Source of the DNA: a virus
Strand: one strand, 5' to 3'
IMG/VR virus record: IMGVR_UViG_3300022074_000002
Length of the DNA: 64,000 nt
The translations under genes were made by a program, and so were the position numbers. Of the stretch, positions 29,466 through 38,900 are shown one piece after another. Under the pieces are notes generated by a model. The model did not search any database. It saw only the letters and a program-made list of their open reading frames with translations, and was not told where the DNA came from. Positions within the stretch are counted from its first letter, which is position 1; each line of letters starts with the position of its first letter.

Positions 29466-29618
29466 ATGCGTCTTAACAATGGCGATGTTCAATATCTAAT
29501 CAGAGCTTGTTTGGTCTATCAAGAGCAGACAGGATCGGAAGATCTATGGGAAAAATACGATGATTTAATTAATAAACTCAGAATTTATTCAGAGCAAAAC
29601 TTGACCCCATCAGAATAA
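29466..29618 (+). CDS. Small hypothetical protein (50 aa)
   Basis: Hand-translated MRLNNGDVQYLIRACLVYQEQTGSEDLWEKYDDLINKL...; TAATG-coupled to the next ORF. Confidence 0.55.
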   Translation: MRLNNGDVQYLIRACLVYQEQTGSEDLWEKYDDLINKLRIYSEQNLTPSE

Positions 29619-29794
29619 TGAAACTTAAAACAAGATTTGAAACTTTCTCTATGGAAGAAAGGCAGATGCTTGCGGAAGCAATCTGGAGAAGACAAAGATG
29701 TTATATTGCTGGCGACAAACTCTTCAATCAGTATGGTAAGATGTTGTCAGAAGTCCTAGATAAAATGGACTATATGCCAGGCAGAGTAGTATAA
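29618..29794 (+). CDS. Small hypothetical protein (58 aa)
   Basis: Hand-translated MKLKTRFETFSMEERQMLAEAIWRRQRCYIAGDK... Confidence 0.55.
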   Translation: MKLKTRFETFSMEERQMLAEAIWRRQRCYIAGDKLFNQYGKMLSEVLDKMDYMPGRVV

Positions 29795-29797
29795 ATA
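29790..29797 (+). promoter_or_regulatory. T4 late promoter (perfect TATAAATA)
   Basis: Exact consensus, 12 nt before the ho1 ATG. Confidence 0.7.
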
Positions 29798-29809
29798 CCT
29801 ATTAATATT

Positions 29810-30505
29810 ATGTTCAGTAAAGAATTAAAAGAAGCAACTAAGGAATCTCATTCCGCAGCAGAAAATACAAAGTTTGTTGCAGGATTTCTTAGAGGTGTTG
29901 TTGACCCTGAGGAGTATCGTAAACTCATTGCCAATTTCTGGTATGTTTACAGTACTATGGAAAAACTAATTAGCGATGCTGATGACCCAACTGTAAGAGT
30001 ATTACAGGGATGGCAATCAGATCTTGATCGTAGTCAATCATTAGAAAAAGATCTAGCATATTACTACGGTCCTTATTGGAAAGAAGAGATAAAATCTTCA
30101 ACTGCATGTGATGCCTATTGTTCTAGACTAACTGAATTAGCACAGGAAGATCCATATCTTCTGCTTGCTCATCATTATACTAGGTACATAGGTGATCTAT
30201 CAGGTGGACAAATTCTATGTAAAATAGCAAAGAGTGCACTTAATCCTCCTGCGGGAGAAGGTCTTAATTTCTATGAGTTTCCTGAGATTCACAATGCAAA
30301 GGAATGGAAAACAAAATACAGAGCAATACTTGATGTATTGGATCTAGATCAATCACAGAAGAATGCTATATTTTCTGAAGCAAACTATGCATTTAGATTG
30401 AATATGTATATGTTTGATGAAATCAAATCTGAAGATCCTTATCCTGTAATGACAGCACTACAAGGTTTCTGGAAAGTAATTACTGGTTCAATTACAAACA
30501 AATAA
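29810..30505 (+). CDS. ho1: Heme oxygenase (cyanobacterial-type AMG)
   Basis: 'LKEATKESHSAAENTKFVAGFLRG' (proximal His), 'HHYTRYIGDLSGGQIL', 'GLNFYEF', 'EANYAFRLNM'. Confidence 0.95.
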   Translation: MFSKELKEATKESHSAAENTKFVAGFLRGVVDPEEYRKLIANFWYVYSTMEKLISDADDPTVRVLQGWQSDLDRSQSLEKDLAYYYGPYWKEEIKSSTACDAYCSRLTELAQEDPYLLLAHHYTRYIGDLSGGQILCKIAKSALNPPAGEGLNFYEFPEIHNAKEWKTKYRAILDVLDLDQSQKNAIFSEANYAFRLNMYMFDEIKSEDPYPVMTALQGFWKVITGSITNK

Positions 30506-30507
30506 AA

Positions 30508-30612
30508 ATGAAAGACTTACCAATCAAATCATCATGTATTCTTTTTGGTATAATTATTGGAACAGGAACATTCCTCATACCAATAGCATGGGCACATCCT
30601 ATATTAGTATAA
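30508..30612 (+). CDS. Small membrane / secreted peptide (34 aa)
   Basis: Hand-translated MKDLPIKSSCILFGIIIGTGTFLIPIAWAHPILV; fills the gap exactly. Confidence 0.45.
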   Translation: MKDLPIKSSCILFGIIIGTGTFLIPIAWAHPILV

Positions 30613-31143
30613 ATGTTCAATACTTTATTATTTGGAGTTGGGTTATCTCAATTTCACCTTAGTGATATTGATAACGAAAAAATCTCAGATCTAGTTAGAT
30701 CAGGAGACGACCATAGAAACTTGGATATTTCTGATACATTATTATCAGAGTTAAATTGTCGCATCTTAAAAGAAGGCAAACATATCTTAAACTCAACTTG
30801 TAAAAGCAAGGAGTTAAAGATAAAAAAAGTCTGGTGTAATTACAATTTTAATAAAGATATAGAAGAACCACACAATCATAGAAATAGTTTTTTATCTGCT
30901 ATTTACTATCCACTATCAACTGACGGAGTAATACAATTTTTTTCTCCATTCTCTGATTATTTTCTATCACAAATACCCATCGAAGATGTATATGATATGA
31001 ACTGCTATAACTCTAGTTTTTATGAGTTGCCAGTTAGATCTGGAGACTTAGTAATATTCAACTCAATGCTATACCATAGAGCAAAACTATCTACAGATGA
31101 ACGTATATCTATAGCATACGATATTAATATCAAATCATGGTAG
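30613..31143 (+). CDS. Putative 2OG-Fe(II) oxygenase (TIGR02466-like)
   Basis: EPHNH.NSFLSAIYY, GDLVIFNSMLYH, RISIAYDI. Confidence 0.8.
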   Translation: MFNTLLFGVGLSQFHLSDIDNEKISDLVRSGDDHRNLDISDTLLSELNCRILKEGKHILNSTCKSKELKIKKVWCNYNFNKDIEEPHNHRNSFLSAIYYPLSTDGVIQFFSPFSDYFLSQIPIEDVYDMNCYNSSFYELPVRSGDLVIFNSMLYHRAKLSTDERISIAYDINIKSW

Positions 31144-31262
31144 TCTGGGGAGTCATATGGATGGTAGGAATACTGGTCGTAATAGTGACTTGGTATATCT
31201 ACTATATACTAAAGATGTCATTTATGGAGATGAAAGATGGGAGTGATGACACCACCAAGTAG
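31137..31262 (+). CDS. Small single-pass membrane protein (41 aa)
   Basis: Hand-translated MVVWGVIWMVGILVVIVTWYIYYILKMSFMEMKDGSDDTTK. Confidence 0.5.
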   Translation: MVVWGVIWMVGILVVIVTWYIYYILKMSFMEMKDGSDDTTK

Positions 31263-31698
31263 GAAGTCCTGCTATAACTTTAGAGTAACGGAGATTAACC
31301 GTGTTGTTGACGGCGATACTATTGATGTCACCATTGATCTTGGGTTTGACTTATACAAGAAAGAAAGAGTTAGAATTGCAGGAGTTGATACGCCAGAGAA
31401 AAGAACAAGAGATTTGGAAGAGAAGGCATTGGGATTAGATGCTACTAACTGGATGAAAGAAAAATTAGAAGGTGCTATTGATGGAGATGATGAACTCACT
31501 ATACGAACTGAACTTAAAGGTGGGATGGGTAAGTATGGGCGTCTGCTTGGTTGGTTATATATTGGTGATGAAAATGTATCACTCAACGAACAAATGATTG
31601 ACGAAGGTTACGCTTGGGGGTATGATGGAGGAACTAAACAAAAAAACTTTGATGAACTTCGTGAAATACGAAGGTCTCTCGGTACACTTATTGAATAA
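31237..31698 (+). CDS. SNase-like (thermonuclease family) nuclease
   Basis: VVDGDTIDV, RVRIAGVDTPE, GKYGRLLGWLY, NEQMIDEGYA. Confidence 0.88.
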   Translation: MGVMTPPSRKSCYNFRVTEINRVVDGDTIDVTIDLGFDLYKKERVRIAGVDTPEKRTRDLEEKALGLDATNWMKEKLEGAIDGDDELTIRTELKGGMGKYGRLLGWLYIGDENVSLNEQMIDEGYAWGYDGGTKQKNFDELREIRRSLGTLIE

Positions 31699-31703
31699 CT
31701 ATT

Positions 31704-31934
31704 ATGAAAAGCAGAATGATTGAAGCTCTCAAAGCAGAAGCAACTGGGAAAATTAAAAAGCATTTAGTAAACATTGATGTTTACTTACACAATCCTGTTG
31801 GTATTGGTGAGCACTCTAATATCATGGATGCAGTAATAACAGAACTTGATGCTATTGCTAAAGAAGATGATAGATTAGAAGCATTAGAAAAGTATGTAGA
31901 AGGTAGAGAAAAAAATAATTGCTTTAAAGTCTAA
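31704..31934 (+). CDS. Hypothetical protein
   Basis: 76-aa ORF coupled to its neighbours; 'NIDVYLHNPVGIGEH' looks like a conserved phage motif. Confidence 0.6.
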   Translation: MKSRMIEALKAEATGKIKKHLVNIDVYLHNPVGIGEHSNIMDAVITELDAIAKEDDRLEALEKYVEGREKNNCFKV

Positions 31935-32137
31935 TGAATATAGAAGATCCTATTGATGATTGGAATATCCATTTAGAGATTGGTATCACTGATGCCAGAA
32001 CATTGCATCGTCTAATTACTTTTGCTTTAGAAAATGGATATGATAAGGATGATAAAGGATACCTAGAGGATATGCAAAGTCAATTTTATGCTATGTTATT
32101 AGAATATTCTTTTACTCACATAGAGAGAAATGAATGA
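31934..32137 (+). CDS. Hypothetical protein
   Basis: 67-aa ORF with TAATG coupling. Confidence 0.55.
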   Translation: MNIEDPIDDWNIHLEIGITDARTLHRLITFALENGYDKDDKGYLEDMQSQFYAMLLEYSFTHIERNE

Positions 32138-32342
32138 CATAACCATATTCATATTTGGTCTTAGTTTTGCAGCAGTTGTTGGTGCAACCTTCGCATTTAT
32201 GTGGAAGATGACAGGTGCTGTATTAGAAGATGTGAATAAACCACGGAAACCACAGAGAACTGTGCATCCAGAGATGAGAGATGCAAAGGATGGAGATGAG
32301 TTATTGGTTTTTAGGGGACTAAAAGACCCTGACGATAAATAA
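32130..32342 (+). CDS. Membrane protein, DUF2973-like (cyanobacterial)
   Basis: N-terminal TM helix followed by 'VHPEM...DELLVFR'. Confidence 0.55.
   Translation: MNDITIFIFGLSFAAVVGATFAFMWKMTGAVLEDVNKPRKPQRTVHPEMRDAKDGDELLVFRGLKDPDDK
32334..32341 (+). promoter_or_regulatory. T4-type late promoter (GATAAATA) for g17
   Basis: Immediately upstream of the terminase ATG at 32346. Confidence 0.5.
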
Positions 32343-32345
32343 AGT

Positions 32346-33995
32346 ATGGCAACTAATGATGTATACCTAGGTAATCCCAACCTAAAGAAGGCGGGTACAC
32401 CTATACAGTTTACAAAAAAGCAAGTACAAGAATGGATTAAATGTAAAAAAGATCCAATATATTTTGCTACCCATTATATAAAAATCATTTCTCTTGATGA
32501 AGGTCTTGTTCCTTTTGACATGTATGATTTTCAAAAAAGAATATTAGAGGACTTTCATCAAAACAGATTTAATATTGCTAAACTCCCTAGGCAGACAGGT
32601 AAGAGTACGACTGTTGTGGCTTACCTTTTATACTATGCTATTTTCTATGATAGTGTTAACATCGGTATACTCGCTAACAAGGCAAGCACTGCAAGGGAAC
32701 TACTTGGAAGACTTCAACTAGCATATGAGAATCTACCAAAGTGGATGCAACATGGTATATTAGTATGGAACAAGGGTAATGTCGAACTTGAAAACGGATC
32801 AAAAATATTGGCTGCTTCTACGTCTGCTAGTGCAGTTAGAGGTATGTCCTTCAACATTCTATTCCTTGACGAGTTTGCATTCGTCCCTAACCATGTCGCA
32901 GAACAATTCTTTGCATCAGTATATCCTACTATTACTTCTGGTAAATCAACTAAAGTCATAATCATATCCACTCCTAATGGTATGAACCACTTCTATAAGA
33001 TGTGGGAGGATGCTAGGAACGATAAGAATGATTATATAACTAATGAAGTTCATTGGTCTCAGGTACCTGGTAGAGATTCCAAGTGGAAAGATGAGACAAT
33101 AAAGAACACATCTAAAAGACAATTTGCACAGGAGTTTGAATGCGACTTCCTAGGATCTGCTGATACACTTATCAGTCCATCCAAATTACAATGCATTCCG
33201 TTCAATGACCCAATTACGAGCAATGCAGGACTTGATGTTTTTGAGAGAGCAAAAGAAGATCACGAATATATTATTACTGTTGATGTTGCCAGAGGAATTG
33301 GTGGCGATTATTCTGCTTTCATCGTGTTTGATATCACCAGTCTCCCGTATAAGATCGTTGCGAAGTACAGAGATAATGAGATTAAACCTGTACTGTTTCC
33401 CTCGGTCATCTTTCAAGTAGCAAAGGAATATCATAATCCTTACATACTTGTCGAGGTAAATGACATAGGAGACTCGATAGCAGCAACACTAAACTATGAT
33501 CTAGAATATCCTAATGTACTCATGTGTGCCATGAGAGGTAGAGCAGGACAGATAGTCGGACAAGGATTCTCAGGTAATAAAACACAGTTAGGTGTTAAGA
33601 TGAGTATCACTGTCAAGAAGATTGGATGTGCCAATCTAAAAGCAATCATAGAAGAAGATAAATTAACTTTTCAAGATTTCGATATTCTTCAAGAACTTAC
33701 TACGTTCATACAAAGAAAGCAAGCATGGGAAGCAGACGAAGGTTACCATGATGACCTTGTTATGTGTATGGTATTGTTTGCATGGTTAGTCATGCAAGAT
33801 TACTTTAAAGAAATGACTGACACAGATGTCAGAAGAAGAATTTATGAAGAACAACGAAATCAAATAGAACAAGACATGGCACCATTTGGTTTTATAGATG
33901 ATGGTATGGGAGATGATACATTTGTAGATGCTGATGGATCATTCTGGTATGGTGATAAGCAAGAAGAAGTAGGATATATGTTGCCTGACTTGTAA
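32346..33995 (+). CDS. g17: Terminase large subunit gp17
   Basis: YLGNPNLKK, PRQTGKST (Walker A), LFLDEFAF (Walker B), ISTPNG, DVARG.G.DYSA, HDDLVM. Confidence 0.97.
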   Translation: MATNDVYLGNPNLKKAGTPIQFTKKQVQEWIKCKKDPIYFATHYIKIISLDEGLVPFDMYDFQKRILEDFHQNRFNIAKLPRQTGKSTTVVAYLLYYAIFYDSVNIGILANKASTARELLGRLQLAYENLPKWMQHGILVWNKGNVELENGSKILAASTSASAVRGMSFNILFLDEFAFVPNHVAEQFFASVYPTITSGKSTKVIIISTPNGMNHFYKMWEDARNDKNDYITNEVHWSQVPGRDSKWKDETIKNTSKRQFAQEFECDFLGSADTLISPSKLQCIPFNDPITSNAGLDVFERAKEDHEYIITVDVARGIGGDYSAFIVFDITSLPYKIVAKYRDNEIKPVLFPSVIFQVAKEYHNPYILVEVNDIGDSIAATLNYDLEYPNVLMCAMRGRAGQIVGQGFSGNKTQLGVKMSITVKKIGCANLKAIIEEDKLTFQDFDILQELTTFIQRKQAWEADEGYHDDLVMCMVLFAWLVMQDYFKEMTDTDVRRRIYEEQRNQIEQDMAPFGFIDDGMGDDTFVDADGSFWYGDKQEEVGYMLPDL

Positions 33996-34225
33996 TGGAT
34001 CTTGAGAATCAATTTGAATTAGAACATTTATTATTTAAAGAAAGGAGATGTAGGACATGTAATCAGATCAAGAATCTACTGGAAGATTTTTACATGTCAA
34101 GAAAACAAAAGAAAGGTTTACCATCTGCATATTCTTACGAGTGTAAGGACTGTACGATTAAAAGAATAGTAGCAAAAAGAAAAAGTAAAAAGAAAATAAA
34201 GGAAGGTAACTATCCAGACTGGTAG
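33995..34225 (+). CDS. Small CxxC...CxxC zinc-finger protein
   Basis: RRCRTC...YECKDC with a basic C-terminus. Confidence 0.6.
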   Translation: MDLENQFELEHLLFKERRCRTCNQIKNLLEDFYMSRKQKKGLPSAYSYECKDCTIKRIVAKRKSKKKIKEGNYPDW

Positions 34226-34266
34226 AGTGTTCGTGTGTTGTTTCCCCTGTGGAGTGATGGAAATCT

Positions 34267-34273
34267 CTAAATA
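34267..34273 (+). promoter_or_regulatory. T4-type late promoter variant (CTAAATA) for g18
   Basis: TAAATA core 37 nt upstream of the g18 ATG. Confidence 0.55.
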
Positions 34274-34309
34274 CTTTTAGATAAAATGATATCTTAGAGG
34301 TAAAATTAA

Positions 34310-36226
34310 ATGGCAAGTCAAGTCTCGCCTGGTGTTGTTATTAGAGAACGTGATCTATCTACTGGTGTCTTGGTTGGTGTTTCTGGTCTTCGTGCTGGAT
34401 TCGCATCATCATTTCGCAGTGGACCTGTAGGCAAAATTACAAATATAGGATCTGAAAGAGAATTAATTAATACTTTCGGAGCACCAGCTGAGGCAAACGC
34501 TGCAGACTGGTTAGTAGCAGCAGAGTATCTCCGCTATGGTGGATCTCTTGCGGTTGTTCGTGCAGCAACTGGCGTATTAAACGCAACTGAAGATGGTTCA
34601 GCAGTATTAGTCGGATCAAAAGAAGATTACGATGCTGGTGCTGGTTCATCAGAAAAGTTTATTGCTCGTACTGCTGGTGCAGACGGAAACAATCTTTATG
34701 TTGTTGTAGTGGACAAAGGTCCTGATTTCACAATTACAACTGCATCAGCTCACGGTTTAAGTGTTGGTGGTACATACACTGACGATGCTGCTGTTGGACA
34801 TGAAGTTGTAGAAGTTGTTAGTACAACACAGGTCAGAATTATTCAAGGAAGTGCTGCTCCTACTCCAGCTGCTGGAGATACATCTGCTGCATTCACTAAT
34901 TCAATGTGGAACGCAACTGCAATTGGATCAACTGGTTTAACATATAAAGAAATAGGTCCTAGACCAGGTAGTTCAGCATTTGCAACAGAGCGTTATATCT
35001 CAATGGATGAGGTACACCTTGCAATTATTGACACTTCAACAAATACAGTTGTTGAGAGAATGACATATCTCTCTAAGATATCAGACGCTAAATCACCAGA
35101 GGGTGCTTCAATTTATTGGAAGAATTATGTAAATGAATATTCTAATTACATTTACGCTAGTGCATTAACATCTGCTGAGTTTACTACACTAGGAGAAGAT
35201 CCTGGTGCTGCTGTTGCATCTTATGGTGCTACATCTGCTGCTCCTATTAAGATCGCAAGAATTCTTAAGACTGCTGGTGGTGCATTATCAGGCGGTACTG
35301 ATGATTACGCATATACTACAGGAGAAATCGCTGCAGCATATTCACTATTCCAAGACACAGAAGAAACATCACTTGATTTTGTTATCATGGGTGGATCAAT
35401 GGGTTCTGAGGCAGACACACTTGTTAAGGCGGGTGCTGTTGCTTCTGTAGCAAACACAAGAAAAGATTGCATAGCATTCATTTCACCATGGAACGGTACT
35501 CAGATTGCTAGTTCTGGTAACGTTGCATTAACTCCTGCACAACAATTAGAAAAGACTATTGATTTCTTCTCTAGTATTGGTTCTAGTTCTTATGTTGTTA
35601 AGGATAGTGGAATCAAATACACATATGACAGATTTAACGACAAGTATTGTTATATCGGCACCAATGGTGACATTGCTGGTTTATGTGTTTCTACTTCTAT
35701 TATTGGTGACGACTGGATTTCTCCAGCAGGAACATCTAGAGGTGGACTACAGAATGTAGTTAAACTTGCATTCAATCCTAACAAAGCAGCAAGAGATGAT
35801 CTTTATACTTCAGCAATTAACCCTGTTGTAGCATTTCCTGGTTCAGGTCCTATCCTATTTGGTGATAAGACTGCACTTGCTTCTCCATCTGCATTTGATC
35901 GCATCAACGTAAGACGTCTCTTCCTTAATATAGAGAAGAGAGCAAGAGTTCTTGCGGAAGGTGTATTGTTTGAGCAGAACGATACTATCACTCGTTCAAG
36001 TTTCAATGCTGCACTTAGTGGATATCTAAGTGAAATTCAAGCACGTAGAGGAGTAACAGACTACTTAGTTGTTTGTGATGAAACAAACAATACTCCAGAG
36101 GTCATAGATAGAAATGAGTTTGTCGCAGAAGTATTTGTGAAACCAACTCGCTCTATCAACTATGTAACTGTGACTGTTACAGCAACGAAGACAGGTGTTA
36201 ATTTCACCGAAGTCGTTGGTAGATAA
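34310..36226 (+). CDS. g18: Tail sheath protein gp18
   Basis: SPGVVIRERDL, W.SPAG..RG, FGDKT...SAFDRINVRRLF, FVAEVFVKPTRSINY. Confidence 0.97.
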   Translation: MASQVSPGVVIRERDLSTGVLVGVSGLRAGFASSFRSGPVGKITNIGSERELINTFGAPAEANAADWLVAAEYLRYGGSLAVVRAATGVLNATEDGSAVLVGSKEDYDAGAGSSEKFIARTAGADGNNLYVVVVDKGPDFTITTASAHGLSVGGTYTDDAAVGHEVVEVVSTTQVRIIQGSAAPTPAAGDTSAAFTNSMWNATAIGSTGLTYKEIGPRPGSSAFATERYISMDEVHLAIIDTSTNTVVERMTYLSKISDAKSPEGASIYWKNYVNEYSNYIYASALTSAEFTTLGEDPGAAVASYGATSAAPIKIARILKTAGGALSGGTDDYAYTTGEIAAAYSLFQDTEETSLDFVIMGGSMGSEADTLVKAGAVASVANTRKDCIAFISPWNGTQIASSGNVALTPAQQLEKTIDFFSSIGSSSYVVKDSGIKYTYDRFNDKYCYIGTNGDIAGLCVSTSIIGDDWISPAGTSRGGLQNVVKLAFNPNKAARDDLYTSAINPVVAFPGSGPILFGDKTALASPSAFDRINVRRLFLNIEKRARVLAEGVLFEQNDTITRSSFNAALSGYLSEIQARRGVTDYLVVCDETNNTPEVIDRNEFVAEVFVKPTRSINYVTVTVTATKTGVNFTEVVGR

Positions 36227-36247
36227 TTAAACAAAAGGTAAAAACAA

Positions 36248-36916
36248 ATGGCAACTAACAACGTATCTTCGTTCCTCCAAGTCATTGGTCAAGGCGTTAA
36301 GCCTAATATGTTCAATGTGGACATCCAATTTCCTGCTGGTTTTAATGATGCAACAATCAATGATCTCGCAGGAGGAGAACTAGCATCTGAGGGTGCTGGT
36401 GGTAATAACGGTAAAGAATTAACTTCTATTCTTTGCAAGTCCGCAGCATTACCAGGATCAAACTTGGGTGTAATCGAAGTTCCTTTTAGAGGTAGAACAG
36501 TTAAAATCGCTGGTGATCGCACCTTCGATACATGGACTGCTACATTCTTTAACGATAAAAACTTCAAGATCCGTGCTCTATTTGAGCAGTGGGCAAATGA
36601 AATCAATACACACGCTGGCAACACTGCTGAAAGATTTCTTCCAGATGCTAGTGGTGATGGTTACATGGCAAATCTTTTTGTTACTCAATTAGAAAAAGAT
36701 CAGACTGGTAGTGGTTCTGCAATAAGAACATATCAGTTACATCATTGCTTCCCAACTAACGTTTCTCAAATTGATCTTGCATATGATAGCAACGATCAGA
36801 TTGAAGAGTTTAGTGTTGAATGGCAGTATTCATACTTTACTGCAGAGAAAGCAAAAGGTGGATCACAGAATCCAGCGTCTAATAGATCTGAAGTAGCAAC
36901 TGGAAAAGTCATATAA
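36248..36916 (+). CDS. g19: Tail tube protein gp19
   Basis: LCKSAALPGSNLGVIEVPFRGRTVKIAGDRTFDTW, FPTNVSQIDLAYDSNDQIEEF. Confidence 0.95.
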   Translation: MATNNVSSFLQVIGQGVKPNMFNVDIQFPAGFNDATINDLAGGELASEGAGGNNGKELTSILCKSAALPGSNLGVIEVPFRGRTVKIAGDRTFDTWTATFFNDKNFKIRALFEQWANEINTHAGNTAERFLPDASGDGYMANLFVTQLEKDQTGSGSAIRTYQLHHCFPTNVSQIDLAYDSNDQIEEFSVEWQYSYFTAEKAKGGSQNPASNRSEVATGKVI

Positions 36917-36925
36917 TTAACTCTG

Positions 36926-36932
36926 CTAAATA
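36926..36932 (+). promoter_or_regulatory. T4-type late promoter variant (CTAAATA) for g20
   Basis: In the g19-g20 gap. Confidence 0.55.
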
Positions 36933-36961
36933 TAAGTAAGAGCACTATTATGACTAGGTAG

Positions 36962-38656
36962 ATGAGTCAATTATTTGGTTTCCAAATACAACGTAAGGAG
37001 GGAAAGAAGGGTCAGTCCCCTGTCCCTCCTAATGCTGAGGAGTCGATTGCTGTAGCAGCAGGAGGCTACTATGGAACGTATGTGGACACGGACAATCAAG
37101 CTCGTAATGAGTATGAGATGATCCGTCGTTATCGTGACATGGCACTACACCCTGAGGTGGACAGTGCGGTTGACGAGGTAGTAAACGAGTTTGTTGTGAG
37201 CGATGCTCATGACACTCCTGTTGAAGTAAATTTAGATAACCTTGATGCTGGAATGAGTATCAAGAAAAAAATAAGAGATGAGTTTGAATATCTCAAAAGA
37301 CTTTTAAACTTTGACAATCGAGCACATGAGATTGTCAGATCTTGGTATATTGATGGAAGATTATATTATCATAAAGTTATAGACCTAGAGAATCCTAAGA
37401 AAGGTATTACGGAACTTCGTTATATTGATCCTATGAAGATCAAGAAGGTTCGTCAAAAACTTGACCAGAAAAAGAACTTAGATTCATTGCAAAAACAGGC
37501 AATGAAAGGTACAGCATTAGAGTACGAGTACGGAACATTTGTAGATTACTATCTTTATAATCCTAAGGGTTTTTATAAAGGTGGTGTTTTAGGACCTGTT
37601 GGTGACATGTCATTGTCACAAGGTGTCAAGATGGCAATAGATTCTATTACATTCTGCCCTTCTGGACTACAAGATTTAAACAAGAGAATGACTCTTGGTT
37701 TCCTACACAAGGCAATCAAAGCGATCAATCAACTTAGAATGATTGAAGACTCTCTAGTTATATACAGACTTTCTCGTGCACCAGAGCGTAGAATATTTTA
37801 TATTGACGTAGGTAATCTTCCAAAGGTAAAGGCAGAACAATATCTCCGTGACGTCATGGCACGTTATCGTAATAAGTTAGTTTACGATTCCAGTACTGGA
37901 GAGATGCGTGACGATAAAAAGCACATGAGTATGCTAGAAGATTTCTGGTTACCACGTAGAGAAGGTGGTAGAGGAACAGAGATTACTACATTACCAGGTG
38001 GTCAAAACCTAGGTGAACTCAAAGACGTTGAGTATTTTAAAAAGAAATTATACAACAGTTTGAACTTACCTCCATCTCGTCTTACAGATGACAACAAAGG
38101 ATTTAATCTAGGTAAGACAACTGAAGTTCTCCGTGACGAACTTAAGTTTACTAAGTTCATTGGTCGTCTCCGTAAAAGGTTTAGTGAGATGTTCCAAGAT
38201 ATGCTTAAGACTCAACTGATCTTAAAAGGAGTTATTGCTCCAGAAGATTGGGAAGATATGAAAGAGCATATACAGTATGACTTCTTATTCGACAATCACT
38301 TCAATGAATTAAAAAACATTGAGATGTTTAACCAACGTATAGCAACTGTCACACAGATGGATCCTTTCGTTGGCAAGTACTTCTCCGTGGCACACATTCG
38401 TAAGGAAGTTCTTGGTCAAACCAACAAGGATATGCGAGAGTTAGATAAGGAGATGCAGCAAGAGATTGATCAAGGTATTGTTATGTCGCCACAAGATGTG
38501 AATACATTTGATACTATGGATCGTCAAAACACTGCTTTCCAACCAGAACTTCAAGCACAAGCAGCTGATGATGCTGTAGAAAGAGAGATAGATAAGGAAA
38601 AACGTAGACCTAAACCACCAGTTTCCGCATCTCAACCATCCAATAATAATAAATAA
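36962..38656 (+). CDS. g20: Portal protein gp20
   Basis: SLVIYRLSRAPERRIFYIDVGNLPK.KAEQY, MLEDFWLPRREGGRGTEITTLPGGQNLG. Confidence 0.98.
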   Translation: MSQLFGFQIQRKEGKKGQSPVPPNAEESIAVAAGGYYGTYVDTDNQARNEYEMIRRYRDMALHPEVDSAVDEVVNEFVVSDAHDTPVEVNLDNLDAGMSIKKKIRDEFEYLKRLLNFDNRAHEIVRSWYIDGRLYYHKVIDLENPKKGITELRYIDPMKIKKVRQKLDQKKNLDSLQKQAMKGTALEYEYGTFVDYYLYNPKGFYKGGVLGPVGDMSLSQGVKMAIDSITFCPSGLQDLNKRMTLGFLHKAIKAINQLRMIEDSLVIYRLSRAPERRIFYIDVGNLPKVKAEQYLRDVMARYRNKLVYDSSTGEMRDDKKHMSMLEDFWLPRREGGRGTEITTLPGGQNLGELKDVEYFKKKLYNSLNLPPSRLTDDNKGFNLGKTTEVLRDELKFTKFIGRLRKRFSEMFQDMLKTQLILKGVIAPEDWEDMKEHIQYDFLFDNHFNELKNIEMFNQRIATVTQMDPFVGKYFSVAHIRKEVLGQTNKDMRELDKEMQQEIDQGIVMSPQDVNTFDTMDRQNTAFQPELQAQAADDAVEREIDKEKRRPKPPVSASQPSNNNK

Positions 38657-38675
38657 TAATTGCTACAAGAATATT

Positions 38676-38900
38676 ATGACTGAAAATACAGATGTTAATA
38701 AAGAACTTGGTTCTGTAGATATTGTCGATAAGATTGACAATAACCAACGAGCGTCTGCTATTGATGCTATCCACGACTTGTTATTTGGCAAAGCTTCACA
38801 AGCAATGGCAGATTATAAGAAAGTGGTTGCCAATACATTCTTTGATGAACCAACCGAGACAGAGATACCAAACAATGAAACTGATAACGGAAACGATTGA
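38676..38900 (+). CDS. Small acidic protein (prohead core gp67/68-position)
   Basis: 74-aa ORF between g20 and g21. Confidence 0.5.
   Translation: MTENTDVNKELGSVDIVDKIDNNQRASAIDAIHDLLFGKASQAMADYKKVVANTFFDEPTETEIPNNETDNGND

Noticed and set aside
38722-38874. Long N-terminal extensions in the ORF track (g21, g55, hsp20, DUF4385-like, g62)
   Set aside because: Upstream starts overlap other genes or promoters; the downstream ATGs match the family N-termini and have better RBS context.
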